44,086 nt of DNA from a phage. Numbering within the stretch: the first letter of the stretch is position 1; each line of letters begins with the position of its first letter. Below, piece after piece: positions 26,113-35,401 of the stretch. The notes below the pieces were generated by a model that saw nothing but the letters and a program-made list of their open reading frames with translations, ran no database searches and had not been told where the DNA came from. The DNA lies in assembly GCA_021132495.1 (NCBI GenBank), contig GCA_021132495.1_4335.1; one strand, 5' to 3'. The position numbers and the translations under genes are program-made.

Positions 26113-27285
26113 TTATGCGTAGGTGATACGTTGAATTACGATAGACGACTGGTACTGATTGCCGGTAGCCTGGCCTTCAATGGACTGAGTGATTGACTCA
26201 GGCCCACCAATCTCAGGTGTAACCGCCGTAAGCTCTGCACGTTTCAAACTGAAAGACATAGCCCCGTTTACCCCTGCCAGAATAGAGTTAATCTCTACCT
26301 GCTGCTCGTTGATAAACTTCTGAATCATCGCCATGTCATACAGCTTACCGGAGATGGAGAAGGTGTTAGCTGCACGGCTACGCTCCACAAACGCTACGTT
26401 AGTGTTACCAAGTTCGAACTGCGCGGACGCGCTGTTATCGTTGGTGATGGTGAGAGTATCGCAACGCAACGGCGTGGAGCCATCGAACACCGACACATCT
26501 ACCGACGAGAACGGCTCATCGGTGAACGTAACCTGAGAGAAATCAGAGCCAGACGGCGGCGCGGTAAGAATCTCCTGACTCAGGCCGATGAACGGGAAGC
26601 TGCCGGTGACCATGGCGTTAACCGCCTGCTCTACGGTAAAGCCAGAGATTTCCACACCTTTGGTCAGCATGTACGCGTCCGGGTTACCACACTGGCCCTT
26701 GAACCACGTCAGGATGGAGAACGTCTTACACGCGTTACCGGTTTCCAGCTTGTCGCCAGTTTTTGCGTCAGTGGTTACTGTCTCTGCCGTTAGTGTGTGT
26801 TGAATGCCTGCACCCGTAACTACAAGAGCAGAAACCTCGGTCACGATAAACGGTTTTGCGTTGTCGCCGGTTAAGTCGGTGAACGCAATCAGGTCGCCAA
26901 CTTCTACACCGTCAGTAATGAAGCTACCGGCAGCGCGGGTGAATGTTTTACCTGCTGGGGCGACCGTAATTTCGGCGCCAGTAATCTCTACCCCAGCTTT
27001 CCACGTAGAAGTCATCGCTCCCGCAAGGAAATCATCCTGGCTACGAGAGCTAAGTTCGATGGCATACTCCCCGCTAACCTGCTTGTTACCGGTTCGGATG
27101 GATGTAGTTTCACGGCTGCCGTCCAGTTCGTTGGAAGTCAGTGCATCGCGGGTTACAGCGGGAACGCCACCCGTGTTACGCAACGGCGACCATACCGGGT
27201 TAGCCGGTGTTACGCCAGGGGTAGTTTCCGCCACATAGAATTGCGCGGTATTCGCGCCCTTAAAAGGAGTTGTAGCCATATTCAC
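26113..27285 (-). CDS. major tail protein (by position)
   Basis: 390 aa, Thr/Gly/Val-rich, last large gene before the chaperone pair. Confidence 0.5.
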   Translation of the reverse strand: MNMATTPFKGANTAQFYVAETTPGVTPANPVWSPLRNTGGVPAVTRDALTSNELDGSRETTSIRTGNKQVSGEYAIELSSRSQDDFLAGAMTSTWKAGVEITGAEITVAPAGKTFTRAAGSFITDGVEVGDLIAFTDLTGDNAKPFIVTEVSALVVTGAGIQHTLTAETVTTDAKTGDKLETGNACKTFSILTWFKGQCGNPDAYMLTKGVEISGFTVEQAVNAMVTGSFPFIGLSQEILTAPPSGSDFSQVTFTDEPFSSVDVSVFDGSTPLRCDTLTITNDNSASAQFELGNTNVAFVERSRAANTFSISGKLYDMAMIQKFINEQQVEINSILAGVNGAMSFSLKRAELTAVTPEIGGPESITQSIEGQATGNQYQSSIVIQRITYA

Positions 27286-27698
27286 AGCCTCTTGGTGAAT
27301 GCAATAAAGTTAATTGACAATGGTCGTTTGGCCCATCCGTTTTCTACAATCAGCGGCCCCAGGCTAACCGATTGAACCTCGGCGCAGATGTCGTTACGCG
27401 AAAATGCCTTACCTGATTTAAACGCCGTGTTAAGTAAGTCTGCCATTTTATTGATTGGCGCGCTACCTTTCACCGATGCGTAGTTAATGTCTATCTGATA
27501 GACACCGGCGCGTTGTTCCGTGAAGAATAAGTCAGCCTGCTCGGTATCCGCCAGCAACATGTAACTTGCCAGATACGGCGTATCTGTTGACGTCGGCGCG
27601 TCGATGTTTTCAAGCGCTACCTTGATGCCGTTGGTGGTTCCGAAGGCTACCAGCGGCACATCAAACGCTTTTGTTAAGTCCTCAAAGTAGCCCATCAT
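27282..27698 (-). CDS. tail completion / neck protein (by position)
   Basis: ORF track; coupled series between head genes and the major tail gene. Confidence 0.4.
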   Translation of the reverse strand: MMGYFEDLTKAFDVPLVAFGTTNGIKVALENIDAPTSTDTPYLASYMLLADTEQADLFFTEQRAGVYQIDINYASVKGSAPINKMADLLNTAFKSGKAFSRNDICAEVQSVSLGPLIVENGWAKRPLSINFIAFTKRL

Positions 27699-28090
27699 CT
27701 CACCTTGCTAGCTTCTTCGTTAATGAGTTGCTGGAAGCGGGACACGTTAGTCCTGACGAATCCTTGCGGGGCCTGTTGCGACCAGCCATACTCCAGCCGT
27801 TGTGAATACGGCAGGTTATTTGTCAGCGTGAACTCATGCCAGTCGGTGGCTTTCAGCACGAAACTTGTAGCGTTTCCGGTTGCTGTGTTTCCTGATTTAT
27901 CCGTAGCATCCGTAATCCCGGAAGCAGGAGTACCGCCAGATGCCATCCAGTTCATGCGAAACCGACCAGTATCTACCGGACTCGCCTTTATAATAGCGGA
28001 AAACAGCTTGATAGACACCTGACGCATCACCTTCTCAGGGTTCTTCTTCGCCTTTTCCACGAACTTAGAGACGTCCAGCGCGAAACTCAT
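27695..28090 (-). CDS. head-tail joining protein (by position)
   Basis: ORF track; ATGA overlaps. Confidence 0.4.
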   Translation of the reverse strand: MSFALDVSKFVEKAKKNPEKVMRQVSIKLFSAIIKASPVDTGRFRMNWMASGGTPASGITDATDKSGNTATGNATSFVLKATDWHEFTLTNNLPYSQRLEYGWSQQAPQGFVRTNVSRFQQLINEEASKVR

Positions 28091-28446
28091 TTTCTCACCT
28101 GAATAAAGTAGGCCACAACATCATCGTTAACCACCTTCTTCTCAATGGCTACGACGGACCATTGCTCGCCGCCGAATTGCACTTTGTCTTCCATCTTAGG
28201 AACGACGCTGTAATCGGCTTTAACAATCATGTCACCAGCCTGAATCGTCGTACCGTTCACCAGACCCGCATTAACAGGAACCGGAACGGCCTTCAACGGC
28301 AACACTTCGTCCGCAGACCAGACGTACTCACCGAGAACTTCATCCCACACTTTCGAGCCAGCGCGAATCAGAGATACCGTGCTACCGAATTTGGTTAGCA
28401 GGCGTGTACCCACGCCTTGCATACGTTTACTGAAAGCAGTGCTCAT
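28087..28446 (-). CDS. head-tail joining protein (by position)
   Basis: Start moved to ATG at 28446 (TGATG overlap with the upstream stop). Confidence 0.4.
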   Translation of the reverse strand: MSTAFSKRMQGVGTRLLTKFGSTVSLIRAGSKVWDEVLGEYVWSADEVLPLKAVPVPVNAGLVNGTTIQAGDMIVKADYSVVPKMEDKVQFGGEQWSVVAIEKKVVNDDVVAYFIQVRK

Positions 28447-29060
28447 CAGGCAGCCTCCAGTCTCGAAATAACCAGTAGCGCGGACGGTGCCGTGCCCCAT
28501 GCAGTTACAGTAGCCACCTGCGGGTATACGCCTCCGAAGTTAGTCCCGGCGCTATCTCGCATAATCTGAACGGCGAATGTTTGCCCGGCGGTTGGGTTAA
28601 TCACTACACGGGATTCAATAGGGATGGTGGTTTCCGAGCTAACAAGTTTCGTAGCTGCTGGTGAGCCGTACTGAGCGCCGTTAATGAGGATACGCGACAA
28701 CAGGATAGACGTTCCGCTAGCGCCGGAGCGACCGGCCTGTAACTTGATGCGAACGGCATAGTTACCCGCGGTGTTGAATGTAACCAGCCCCGCAGCATTA
28801 ATCATTACCGGGTCAGATGCACTACCCTGAGCAGAGCCGAACGATACCTGCAACGCCGTATCTACTGCGGTAGGCGCTTGCGCTACTGTCGACGCAGCGC
28901 GGAGAACTTCAACCTCTTTAACACCCGGAGTGGCGTAAATAGGTGAGTCAGCCGTCTGGGTTAATACCCCGCGCAACTTCGCAGGCGTAATAAGTCCGGT
29001 CGTGTTGTCCGGTAGCTCGGAACCGATTAGCGTGAATATCTCTGATTTAGTCTTCGCCAT
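28446..29060 (-). CDS. virion structural protein (by position)
   Basis: ORF track, 204 aa. Confidence 0.4.
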   Translation of the reverse strand: MAKTKSEIFTLIGSELPDNTTGLITPAKLRGVLTQTADSPIYATPGVKEVEVLRAASTVAQAPTAVDTALQVSFGSAQGSASDPVMINAAGLVTFNTAGNYAVRIKLQAGRSGASGTSILLSRILINGAQYGSPAATKLVSSETTIPIESRVVINPTAGQTFAVQIMRDSAGTNFGGVYPQVATVTAWGTAPSALLVISRLEAA

Positions 29061-29062
29061 TT

Positions 29063-29575
29063 TTAACCCCGGTACACGTTAAACGAGAAACCATTGTTAA
29101 GACCGCCACACAATAACGGGCGTAAAGCGTCGTCAGCAGCGGTAATCGCGGTCGTAGCGCCACTGTTGCCATTGTTGAAGTAGGTCACTGTTACCGCACC
29201 CTCGACACGCTCAGTCTGCACGGCGCGACCGTCTGAGTTAGCCCGGACTTCGGTGCCCTCGCCATATGTAGCGGCAGCGATTACCTGCGCAAGAATCACC
29301 TGTTTCGGAATGGCGTTGTTGACCACCGGGAACCCATTTAACGTAACGCCGGTGCGGGGGTATGCAAGAGACTGTTCGGCGGATACTCGACGACCGCACA
29401 TCTGCGGTTCTGCAAGCCCTACATAAGTAGCACCGTTGCGTAAGGCCACCTCTGCTGCGGTATCGTCTTCCGGCAGCTCAAGGCCATAATTAGCCGCTAA
29501 CGCGCGGGCGTCAGCCAGACTAATGTAACTGTCGGCATTTGGGACGATCACCCCAGTTTCCACGATTAGCGGCAT
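29063..29575 (-). CDS. head-tail adaptor/connector protein (by position)
   Basis: ORF track, 170 aa. Confidence 0.4.
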   Translation of the reverse strand: MPLIVETGVIVPNADSYISLADARALAANYGLELPEDDTAAEVALRNGATYVGLAEPQMCGRRVSAEQSLAYPRTGVTLNGFPVVNNAIPKQVILAQVIAAATYGEGTEVRANSDGRAVQTERVEGAVTVTYFNNGNSGATTAITAADDALRPLLCGGLNNGFSFNVYRG

Positions 29576-29578
29576 AAA

Positions 29579-29758
29579 TTATTCCTCTGACTTACGGCGA
29601 CGACGCTTAGTACCACCGCCGTTGTTGTGCGCTTCTTCATTGTCTGGTTGGGTTGCAACCAGTTCATCCGCTTCTACCACACCGCGAACAGGCATCACCT
29701 GTCCGTCAACAATATCAACGTGGGTGTACTTTTCGCGGATTACGTAATTATCTGCCAT
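29579..29758 (-). CDS. small protein with basic C-terminus (59 aa)
   Basis: Manual ORF just under the 60-aa cutoff; RBS aggaaagg; fills a gap in the coupled gene series. Confidence 0.35.
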   Translation of the reverse strand: MADNYVIREKYTHVDIVDGQVMPVRGVVEADELVATQPDNEEAHNNGGGTKRRRRKSEE

Positions 29759-29770
29759 GACCTTTCCTTA

Positions 29771-30139
29771 TTACGGCCCCGAAGGGCCGTTGTGTTGAGA
29801 CACAGTTGCTACGGTGCTACCGGAGATAATATTACCATATACATCGTGAACAACCACTTTATACGTGCCGGAGTCGGCAGAAGCGACAGTGGTGGCTTTG
29901 GTGTAGGTGGCTGCGGTAGCGCCTGGGATAGCGTTGTTATTCTTATACCACTGGTAAGTGTACGGAGCCAGACCGCCAGTAGCCTCAACGGTAAGCGTCA
30001 ATGCGGAGGGCGCACTAACAGTGGTGGTAGCATTGAGTGGGGTAGAGAAAGATGCAGGGGCGATATTTGCCATATCGATTTTAGCGCCTACGGTATCGGC
30101 CGACACACCGGTAATACGACGTTTGATTACATCAACCAT
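29771..30139 (-). CDS. Ig-like domain virion decoration protein
   Basis: PYTYQWYKNNNAIPGATAATY...SGTYKVVVHD typical of Ig-like strands. Confidence 0.5.
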   Translation of the reverse strand: MVDVIKRRITGVSADTVGAKIDMANIAPASFSTPLNATTTVSAPSALTLTVEATGGLAPYTYQWYKNNNAIPGATAATYTKATTVASADSGTYKVVVHDVYGNIISGSTVATVSQHNGPSGP

Positions 30140-30150
30140 TTTTAAGCTCC

Positions 30151-30522
30151 TCAGGATGCGATGATTTTAGCGACACGAAGTTGTGCCAGTAAGGCGTTAA
30201 GTTGAGTGCCTACGGCATTAACCGCAGTCTGTGCGGACGCAGCAACCGCGGTGGCGTCATCGCCAGTTACAGCCTGCGTGCCGACGTCTGTAACCGCAGC
30301 GCCCTGAACGAACTTATTCCCAGCCATCGCGGTAGTCGAAGTTGTTCCGATAGTAAGGTTTGACGTACCTGCGCCAATAGCGGTACGCGCTGCCTCTTGG
30401 GTCGCCCCCGCGGCGATTACCGCCGGTTTGCCGGTTACTTCTTCCCAGCCTACACTGATGTCCAGGTCGCTAAAGTCAACGTTCTTAAGGCTGCGCGGCA
30501 AGCCTTTTCCGGTCTTAGCCAT
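30151..30522 (-). CDS. Ala/Thr-rich capsid-associated protein (possible decoration protein)
   Basis: ORF track; directly after the capsid gene and its attenuator. Confidence 0.4.
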   Translation of the reverse strand: MAKTGKGLPRSLKNVDFSDLDISVGWEEVTGKPAVIAAGATQEAARTAIGAGTSNLTIGTTSTTAMAGNKFVQGAAVTDVGTQAVTGDDATAVAASAQTAVNAVGTQLNALLAQLRVAKIIAS

Positions 30523-30537
30523 AATTTACCTCTTAGT

Positions 30538-30562
30538 AAATGAAAAGAGGGACCGAAGTCCC
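30538..30562 (-). terminator. terminator/attenuator after the major capsid gene (gggac-ttcg-gtccc + TCTTTTCATTT on minus)
   Basis: Hairpin then T-rich tract about 20 nt after the capsid stop. Confidence 0.5.
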
Positions 30563-30581
30563 ACTCGATTATAGCTTAACC

Positions 30582-31631
30582 TTAAGCACCGGCACCAGTT
30601 ACCAGGAAGGCAATCGGTACGTGCTTGCGGTCAACCACACGGTTCCAGTTGGAGGCGTTCGCCAGGTCCTGCCAGGAAGCAGAGCGCGGGGTAGTCTCGG
30701 TGCCGTTGCCAGTGATCACTGCACTGGTGAAGCTGTAACCAAACGGATGCAGCAACCAGGTCTTACGGGTCCACAGGGTTTCTACGCCACCACCGTTACC
30801 GCGAGACGCTTCGCGCTCGTATTCCAGCGGGTTGGACGGATTACCTTCACCGTAACCGATAGCGCCGTTGCCGAAGATGATGGAGATGAACTTATGGGTC
30901 GAGCCAGTGCTGACTACGGTCATGCTGTCGTCAACAATCACGCGGTAGCCCTGGTAGGTGGCGAACATGGTGTTGTTGTCCGCGTCACGGATGAAGTCGA
31001 TAAGCTGCTGCTTACGTGCCTGCGCATAAACGAAGCTATGCATCGCGATAGCCCCCAGCACTTCACCGCCGTTGGCCATCAGAGCATCGCCCATAGTCTG
31101 GGTAGCGTCGATGAACGCGCCCGCATCGAAGCCCAGAGTAGCAGACACGTCGATTACCATGTCATTCTTCTCGTGGTATGCGTCGGTAGCGGCTACGTTG
31201 TCATTGTACAGCCCGAGCGCGGTAGCAATCAGACGGCGTTGTGCCTGGCGCTGCCAGAAGTTATCCAGACGGGACGCTACGGATTGCAGCGGGTTCTGGC
31301 TGGTCAGTTCGACAGTCAAATCCGCCTGACCGAAACCTTCGTTCAGGTATGCAACGCGGGCCATCATCTCACCGGTCTGCACGTTACGCGGGGTGGCGAT
31401 GTCCTGGTATACATCGTTCGAGTAGTTAGGCTCGATAGAGGTATCAATCGCTTTCCAGAACGGAATATTAGCGACGTTGGACGGGCCGCGGGCAATCTCG
31501 GCAGCGTACGGGGTCGGGGTCAGAATACCAGACTGGAAGAACGCGGTTTTTTCTACCGGGTCCTCGGTCATATAAGACGCCAGGACCGGGATGTTGCCAG
31601 TTACGATATCGCCGATAGTGGTAATTGCCAT
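30582..31631 (-). CDS. major capsid protein
   Basis: 349 aa, directly after the scaffold-like gene and followed by an attenuator; assigned by position and size. Confidence 0.7.
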   Translation of the reverse strand: MAITTIGDIVTGNIPVLASYMTEDPVEKTAFFQSGILTPTPYAAEIARGPSNVANIPFWKAIDTSIEPNYSNDVYQDIATPRNVQTGEMMARVAYLNEGFGQADLTVELTSQNPLQSVASRLDNFWQRQAQRRLIATALGLYNDNVAATDAYHEKNDMVIDVSATLGFDAGAFIDATQTMGDALMANGGEVLGAIAMHSFVYAQARKQQLIDFIRDADNNTMFATYQGYRVIVDDSMTVVSTGSTHKFISIIFGNGAIGYGEGNPSNPLEYEREASRGNGGGVETLWTRKTWLLHPFGYSFTSAVITGNGTETTPRSASWQDLANASNWNRVVDRKHVPIAFLVTGAGA

Positions 31632-31633
31632 TA

Positions 31634-32335
31634 TTATTTCCTCAGGGCTTTAAGTTGCCGTTCAAATTCGGCAGGGTTCGATTTATACAGGGCTAAACGC
31701 TCTGCTTCACTCATGTCTTTAAACGCTGGTGCGGCCCCGCCGCCTTTGCTACCGGAAGCCCCGCCGCCGGAAGCTGCATTTGCTTTGATCAAATGCGAAA
31801 ACGCCTTGTGTTCGCGCAGGTATTTGCGGAACTGTTCCGGGTCAGTCGTGATTACGTTACCGTCTGCACCAACAAACTTAGTAACCACATCATCGCCTTC
31901 GAACTCAGTCTTAACGAACGGCGCAAGAATGTCCACTGCTTCTGGGGTAATAAAGTCACCCGCGAAAGAGCCTAGCACCGCTTTACGTTCGCTGCCGAGG
32001 ATACGCTCTGCCATTCTGGAGATGCGACCGTCTTTCTCGGCTAACACCGGGTCATACTGGCTACGAATCGTCTTTTCGAACTCATCCATCTTACCAGCGG
32101 CTTTTAACGCCTCCTGGTGCGCGCGCTGCCGTTCTTCTTCGGCCTCTTTTGCTTTGCGAGCGGCTTCTTTCTTCTCCGCCAACAATGCTTCCTGATTAGC
32201 CTTAAGCCCGGCAACTTCTTTCTCAATCAGCGCCTGAACTTCTTCAGCGGTGAACATTTTCGGCGCGTCACCGCCACCAGCTTTATCTTCTGCCCCAGCT
32301 TCTTCCTGGAACGGATAACGTAAAAAACGATTCAT
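31634..32335 (-). CDS. scaffolding protein
   Basis: Helical, charged KEAEEERQRAHQEALKAAGK; start taken as ATG 32335 rather than the TTG at 32389. Confidence 0.55.
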   Translation of the reverse strand: MNRFLRYPFQEEAGAEDKAGGGDAPKMFTAEEVQALIEKEVAGLKANQEALLAEKKEAARKAKEAEEERQRAHQEALKAAGKMDEFEKTIRSQYDPVLAEKDGRISRMAERILGSERKAVLGSFAGDFITPEAVDILAPFVKTEFEGDDVVTKFVGADGNVITTDPEQFRKYLREHKAFSHLIKANAASGGGASGSKGGGAAPAFKDMSEAERLALYKSNPAEFERQLKALRK

Positions 32336-32417
32336 AGTCAGTATGTCCCCTGGACGTTGGAACCCGGGCCACCCGGATTTACATGTCAAGAATAAATTAT
32401 TCCAACATGCAAGGCAA

Positions 32418-32681
32418 CTATTCCAGAATATTCCTCACGTAATCCTGCAACATGAACACTTTCAGCCGCAGCTGCCGTACGCATTCAGCGTTCTGAACGT
32501 CGATAGCTAAATCCTCGTCAGCGTCGCTACTTGGCGCTGCCAGTTTGCACGGAGGCTGCATCATCGTCGTATCCGGTAATGGAATTAGCGTTTGCGACGG
32601 CGTGGGACTTGAGCAGGACGCGAGCATCGTCGAAAGTGCACACGCTGCGACCTGGCGTTTTAATGTATTTAACGACTTCAC
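32418..32681 (-). CDS. o-spanin (Rz1-like outer-membrane lipoprotein)
   Basis: Signal peptide with lipobox LASC, Pro-rich mature region; overlaps the i-spanin gene out of frame. Confidence 0.55.
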   Translation of the reverse strand: MKSLNTLKRQVAACALSTMLASCSSPTPSQTLIPLPDTTMMQPPCKLAAPSSDADEDLAIDVQNAECVRQLRLKVFMLQDYVRNILE

Positions 32682-32913
32682 GGGTAATCACATCTGATTT
32701 CGTCTTGCCTTCGTTGTCGGCGGCGGCGGCCTTTGATTCGTCCTGCTGCTGCCGTTGTGTTTTCTTAGCTAACTCAGCCTGTGCTTTTTGCTGTTGCTGC
32801 GAAACGAGATTAGCGCGGCCTTCGTGCCAGCCGCTGCGGTACTGATAAATGCCGTGTGTGTAAGCCAGGATGATGAAACATGCTCCTGCTACGACGGTTG
32901 CTTTAAGATTCAT
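32527..32913 (-). CDS. i-spanin (Rz-like)
   Basis: N-terminal TM segment, Gln/Ala-rich helical periplasmic domain, o-spanin ORF overlapping its 3' part. Confidence 0.6.
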   Translation of the reverse strand: MNLKATVVAGACFIILAYTHGIYQYRSGWHEGRANLVSQQQQKAQAELAKKTQRQQQDESKAAAADNEGKTKSDVITREVVKYIKTPGRSVCTFDDARVLLKSHAVANANSITGYDDDAASVQTGSAK

Positions 32914-33023
32914 GTTTCCCCTTTCTCGATAAGTAAAGCCCTGCCTTAAAGCAGGGCGCTAGTCCTTATCATTTAAACATAGAAACGGCGTAATCTCAGT
33001 AAACCAGTTACTTTTTACACAAG

Positions 33024-33167
33024 CAATAGAGTATGGCCCTTCCGAACGCGTCAGCGTAACTACACTCAGGACTTACGTCCCGCTCCGTTACCTGCCCGCG
33101 CCGCGGTCGCTTGTTCATACTTCACAAGCTCAGGTGGAGCTTATCACATTTTTAGTGAAAAGTCAAC
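33024..33167. repeat. copy B of the ~145-bp repeated intergenic element
   Basis: Aligned by hand to 855-998; same hairpin aagctc-aggtg-gagctt at 33126-33142. Confidence 0.8.
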
Positions 33168-33232
33168 TATTCGAATAGTTTATTCCAACATTTACAATTC
33201 GGTGGAATAACTGGAATACGTAAATAAATAGT

Positions 33233-33261
33233 TTGCGCACCCCAATATAATAGGGTACTAT
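33233..33261 (+). promoter_or_regulatory. sigma70-like promoter TTGCGC-N17-TACTAT with palindrome AATAG-ggta-CTATT
   Basis: Same motif family as 23616-23644; upstream of the lipoprotein gene. Confidence 0.5.
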
Positions 33262-33386
33262 TCATTCTATCGAACCGGGGAGGCCGTCACGTTAGTCGTT
33301 ATTTCAGTAGTAATTGCAGTTGATGCGGTGATGTTTCTTTGGGCTTGTAGTGGTATTGGTGACATTGACACGGGTAATGGTGAACT

Positions 33387-33731
33387 ATGAAATATATTAA
33401 ATTAGCAGTAGCAGGTGTTGTAGCCGTTTGTTTGAGTGGTTGCGTAAGGTCGTTGCCAGACCCAGCTTTACAGGTTTATCAGGCGGGGGATACAACGGCA
33501 ACATGTAATCAGTTACTATCGAGAATCGCCACGACAAAACAAGCTCAAGCCAACGCTACGCACCGTGTTAATAAGCAAATAGGTACTAACGTTGTACTCG
33601 GTGTTACAGGCGCATTCCTGATTGTTCCGCTGTTCTTTATGGACACGGGCGCCGGGCCTTCTATGGACGAGATGACAGCCGGTAATCGTCTGTCGCAGTT
33701 ACAACAAACATACGACGAGAAATGCAAATGA
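33387..33731 (+). CDS. lipoprotein with additional C-proximal hydrophobic segment (accessory gene)
   Basis: Signal peptide plus lipobox LSGC; opposite strand to the surrounding structural genes, with its own promoter and terminator. Confidence 0.7.
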   Translation: MKYIKLAVAGVVAVCLSGCVRSLPDPALQVYQAGDTTATCNQLLSRIATTKQAQANATHRVNKQIGTNVVLGVTGAFLIVPLFFMDTGAGPSMDEMTAGNRLSQLQQTYDEKCK

Positions 33732-33803
33732 CAAATAGTGTGATGTTTTATTTTGTTTTGTGGGTATCGGCTGCGGCTATCACCGCGATGTTCATATAAA
33801 AAT

Positions 33804-33826
33804 AAAGCCCCATAGCGGGGCTTTTT
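33804..33826. terminator. bidirectional terminator (aaagcccc-atagc-ggggcttt + T-tracts both sides)
   Basis: Between the plus lipoprotein gene and the convergent minus gene ending at 33828. Confidence 0.55.
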
Positions 33827-33827
33827 A

Positions 33828-34289
33828 TCATTCCGGCTTAGTAACCTTCGCCGCTTTACTGACGGCCTCTACCCCATCGGCATCAGTAACTTTAACGAAG
33901 TATTCGCCGACCGCATTAACCGTCAGAGACAGAGCCTCCTCAGGCGCATTCACCACTTCCTTACCGTCTTTGTACCAGGTCAGAGAATACGGCGCTTTGC
34001 CTACCTTAACCTCGACAGTGATGGTTGCGCTGCCGCCCGCCAGTTCAGCGTCCTGCGGTTGCGCAGAGAAATACACGTCGCCAGCGTCCGCCAGATACGG
34101 AATTTCATAAAGCATACCGGCGGCGGGCAACGCAATACCGGTTTTATCTGCAAACGGCATATCATCTACCGGTGTACCGAGTACACTTTCGTCCTCAATA
34201 AATACCACGTTCTCGCCAGAGCCAGACACGCGGGCGTACTGGACTACGCGACGAGACGGTACGTCAGTTACTTTGAAAAAGCCCATCAT
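33828..34289 (-). CDS. virion protein with C-terminal Ig-like domain
   Basis: TITVEVKVGKAPYSLTWYKDGKEV...GEYFVKVTDADG Ig-like strands. Confidence 0.45.
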   Translation of the reverse strand: MMGFFKVTDVPSRRVVQYARVSGSGENVVFIEDESVLGTPVDDMPFADKTGIALPAAGMLYEIPYLADAGDVYFSAQPQDAELAGGSATITVEVKVGKAPYSLTWYKDGKEVVNAPEEALSLTVNAVGEYFVKVTDADGVEAVSKAAKVTKPE

Positions 34290-35365
34290 TATTCCCCTTT
34301 CAGATAATCAGCAACACGTTTATCGAGTTCCGCCATCTGCTTAAGCGTGAGCGGATTCCCGAAACCATCTACAGATATTACGCGAAACTCTTCCGGCGAT
34401 ATACCGCTGTTACGGAAAATCTTACCTCGCACCGGGCCGAGCGCCTGGTCCTGAAACCACGCCGGTTGTTGTTTAAGGAACTCGTAGTAAGTGGTGTCTG
34501 CGCTTACCTGAGTGCCACCTTCCGCGCCTTTAGCCGCGCGTTTTGCGCCTTTATCGAGGAAGTCGAACTCTGAACTGATTACCGGGGCCGTGGTGCTTCG
34601 ACAATTCGGATGGGCTGGCGGCATCGGACCTTTACCGATTTCCCACGTCATTCCGTCTCTGGCCCTGCAAATCGTGCTGGTACGGCTGTCCAAAGTTGAC
34701 ACCCACTCATATTTCTCGATGATGTCGTCGTTCTGGCGGTACGTCTCGTTACGGGCCTCGTTGGATACGTGGGACAGCGCGGTGCGGATTACCGTAGTCG
34801 CGTTACGTTCTGAGATGTCGGCTAGTCCACCAGCGCCAACAACATTCTTAACAATCTGCCGTGTGGTTTGACCTTGCACAAAGCCCATCTTAACTCCAGT
34901 TACAAGACGTGCTACTTCCGTTTCACCCCATCCAGACATCAGCTTGGTGAAATCAACGGGCTTGTCGCTCAATGATAATGGTTGAAACTCGGCAGCGGCC
35001 CATACCTGCTCAGCGGTAGGCGTAACAAATTCCGCGTCTACGTTGGCGGTCAGTGTCTTTACGTTCCACTCAGCCTCATACGCCGCCAGTTCCTTAAGGT
35101 CTTCTGTCAGCTTTGTCTGCCAGTCGCCCGTAAGCCCCACCAGTGCTTCTTCAAGGTCGCGTAACAATTTATTCAGTCGGGCAGTGCTTCGCCCGTCGTC
35201 ACCGAATAACAGCACCTGCCGTTTGATTTCATCCCTTATCTCCTGAATGAACGGCGTGAGGTCTTTCACTTCACCGGATGCGGTGCGTTGCAGCCATATC
35301 TGGTGGCTGATTAGAGATGTAAGTAAGCTCATAGATAAACCCTGTGGCGCTAAAGTTAATAGCAT
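34289..35365 (-). CDS. head morphogenesis protein (Mu F / SPP1 gp7-like)
   Basis: 358 aa after the portal; conserved-looking segment PAHPNCRST. Confidence 0.65.
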   Translation of the reverse strand: MLLTLAPQGLSMSLLTSLISHQIWLQRTASGEVKDLTPFIQEIRDEIKRQVLLFGDDGRSTARLNKLLRDLEEALVGLTGDWQTKLTEDLKELAAYEAEWNVKTLTANVDAEFVTPTAEQVWAAAEFQPLSLSDKPVDFTKLMSGWGETEVARLVTGVKMGFVQGQTTRQIVKNVVGAGGLADISERNATTVIRTALSHVSNEARNETYRQNDDIIEKYEWVSTLDSRTSTICRARDGMTWEIGKGPMPPAHPNCRSTTAPVISSEFDFLDKGAKRAAKGAEGGTQVSADTTYYEFLKQQPAWFQDQALGPVRGKIFRNSGISPEEFRVISVDGFGNPLTLKQMAELDKRVADYLKGE

Positions 35366-35375
35366 ACTATATGAA

Positions 35376-35391
35376 AGCCCCTTTCGGGGCT
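35376..35391 (-). terminator. possible attenuator hairpin (agcccc-tttc-ggggct) between portal and head morphogenesis genes
   Basis: Perfect 6-bp GC stem; weak U-tract. Confidence 0.3.
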
Positions 35392-35401
35392 ATAGGCGAA
35401 C

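Noticed and set aside
30540-32195. 551-aa plus-strand ORF 30540..32195 (TTG start)
   Set aside because: Antisense to the scaffold and major capsid genes; non-canonical start and compositionally odd translation.
32397-33193. 12-bp direct repeat TTATTCCAACAT and TATTCC/GGAATA hexamers flanking the spanin region, considered as insertion-site duplication
   Set aside because: Perfect 12-mer matches are expected by chance many times in a 44-kb sequence; no other cassette boundary signature, so not claimed.
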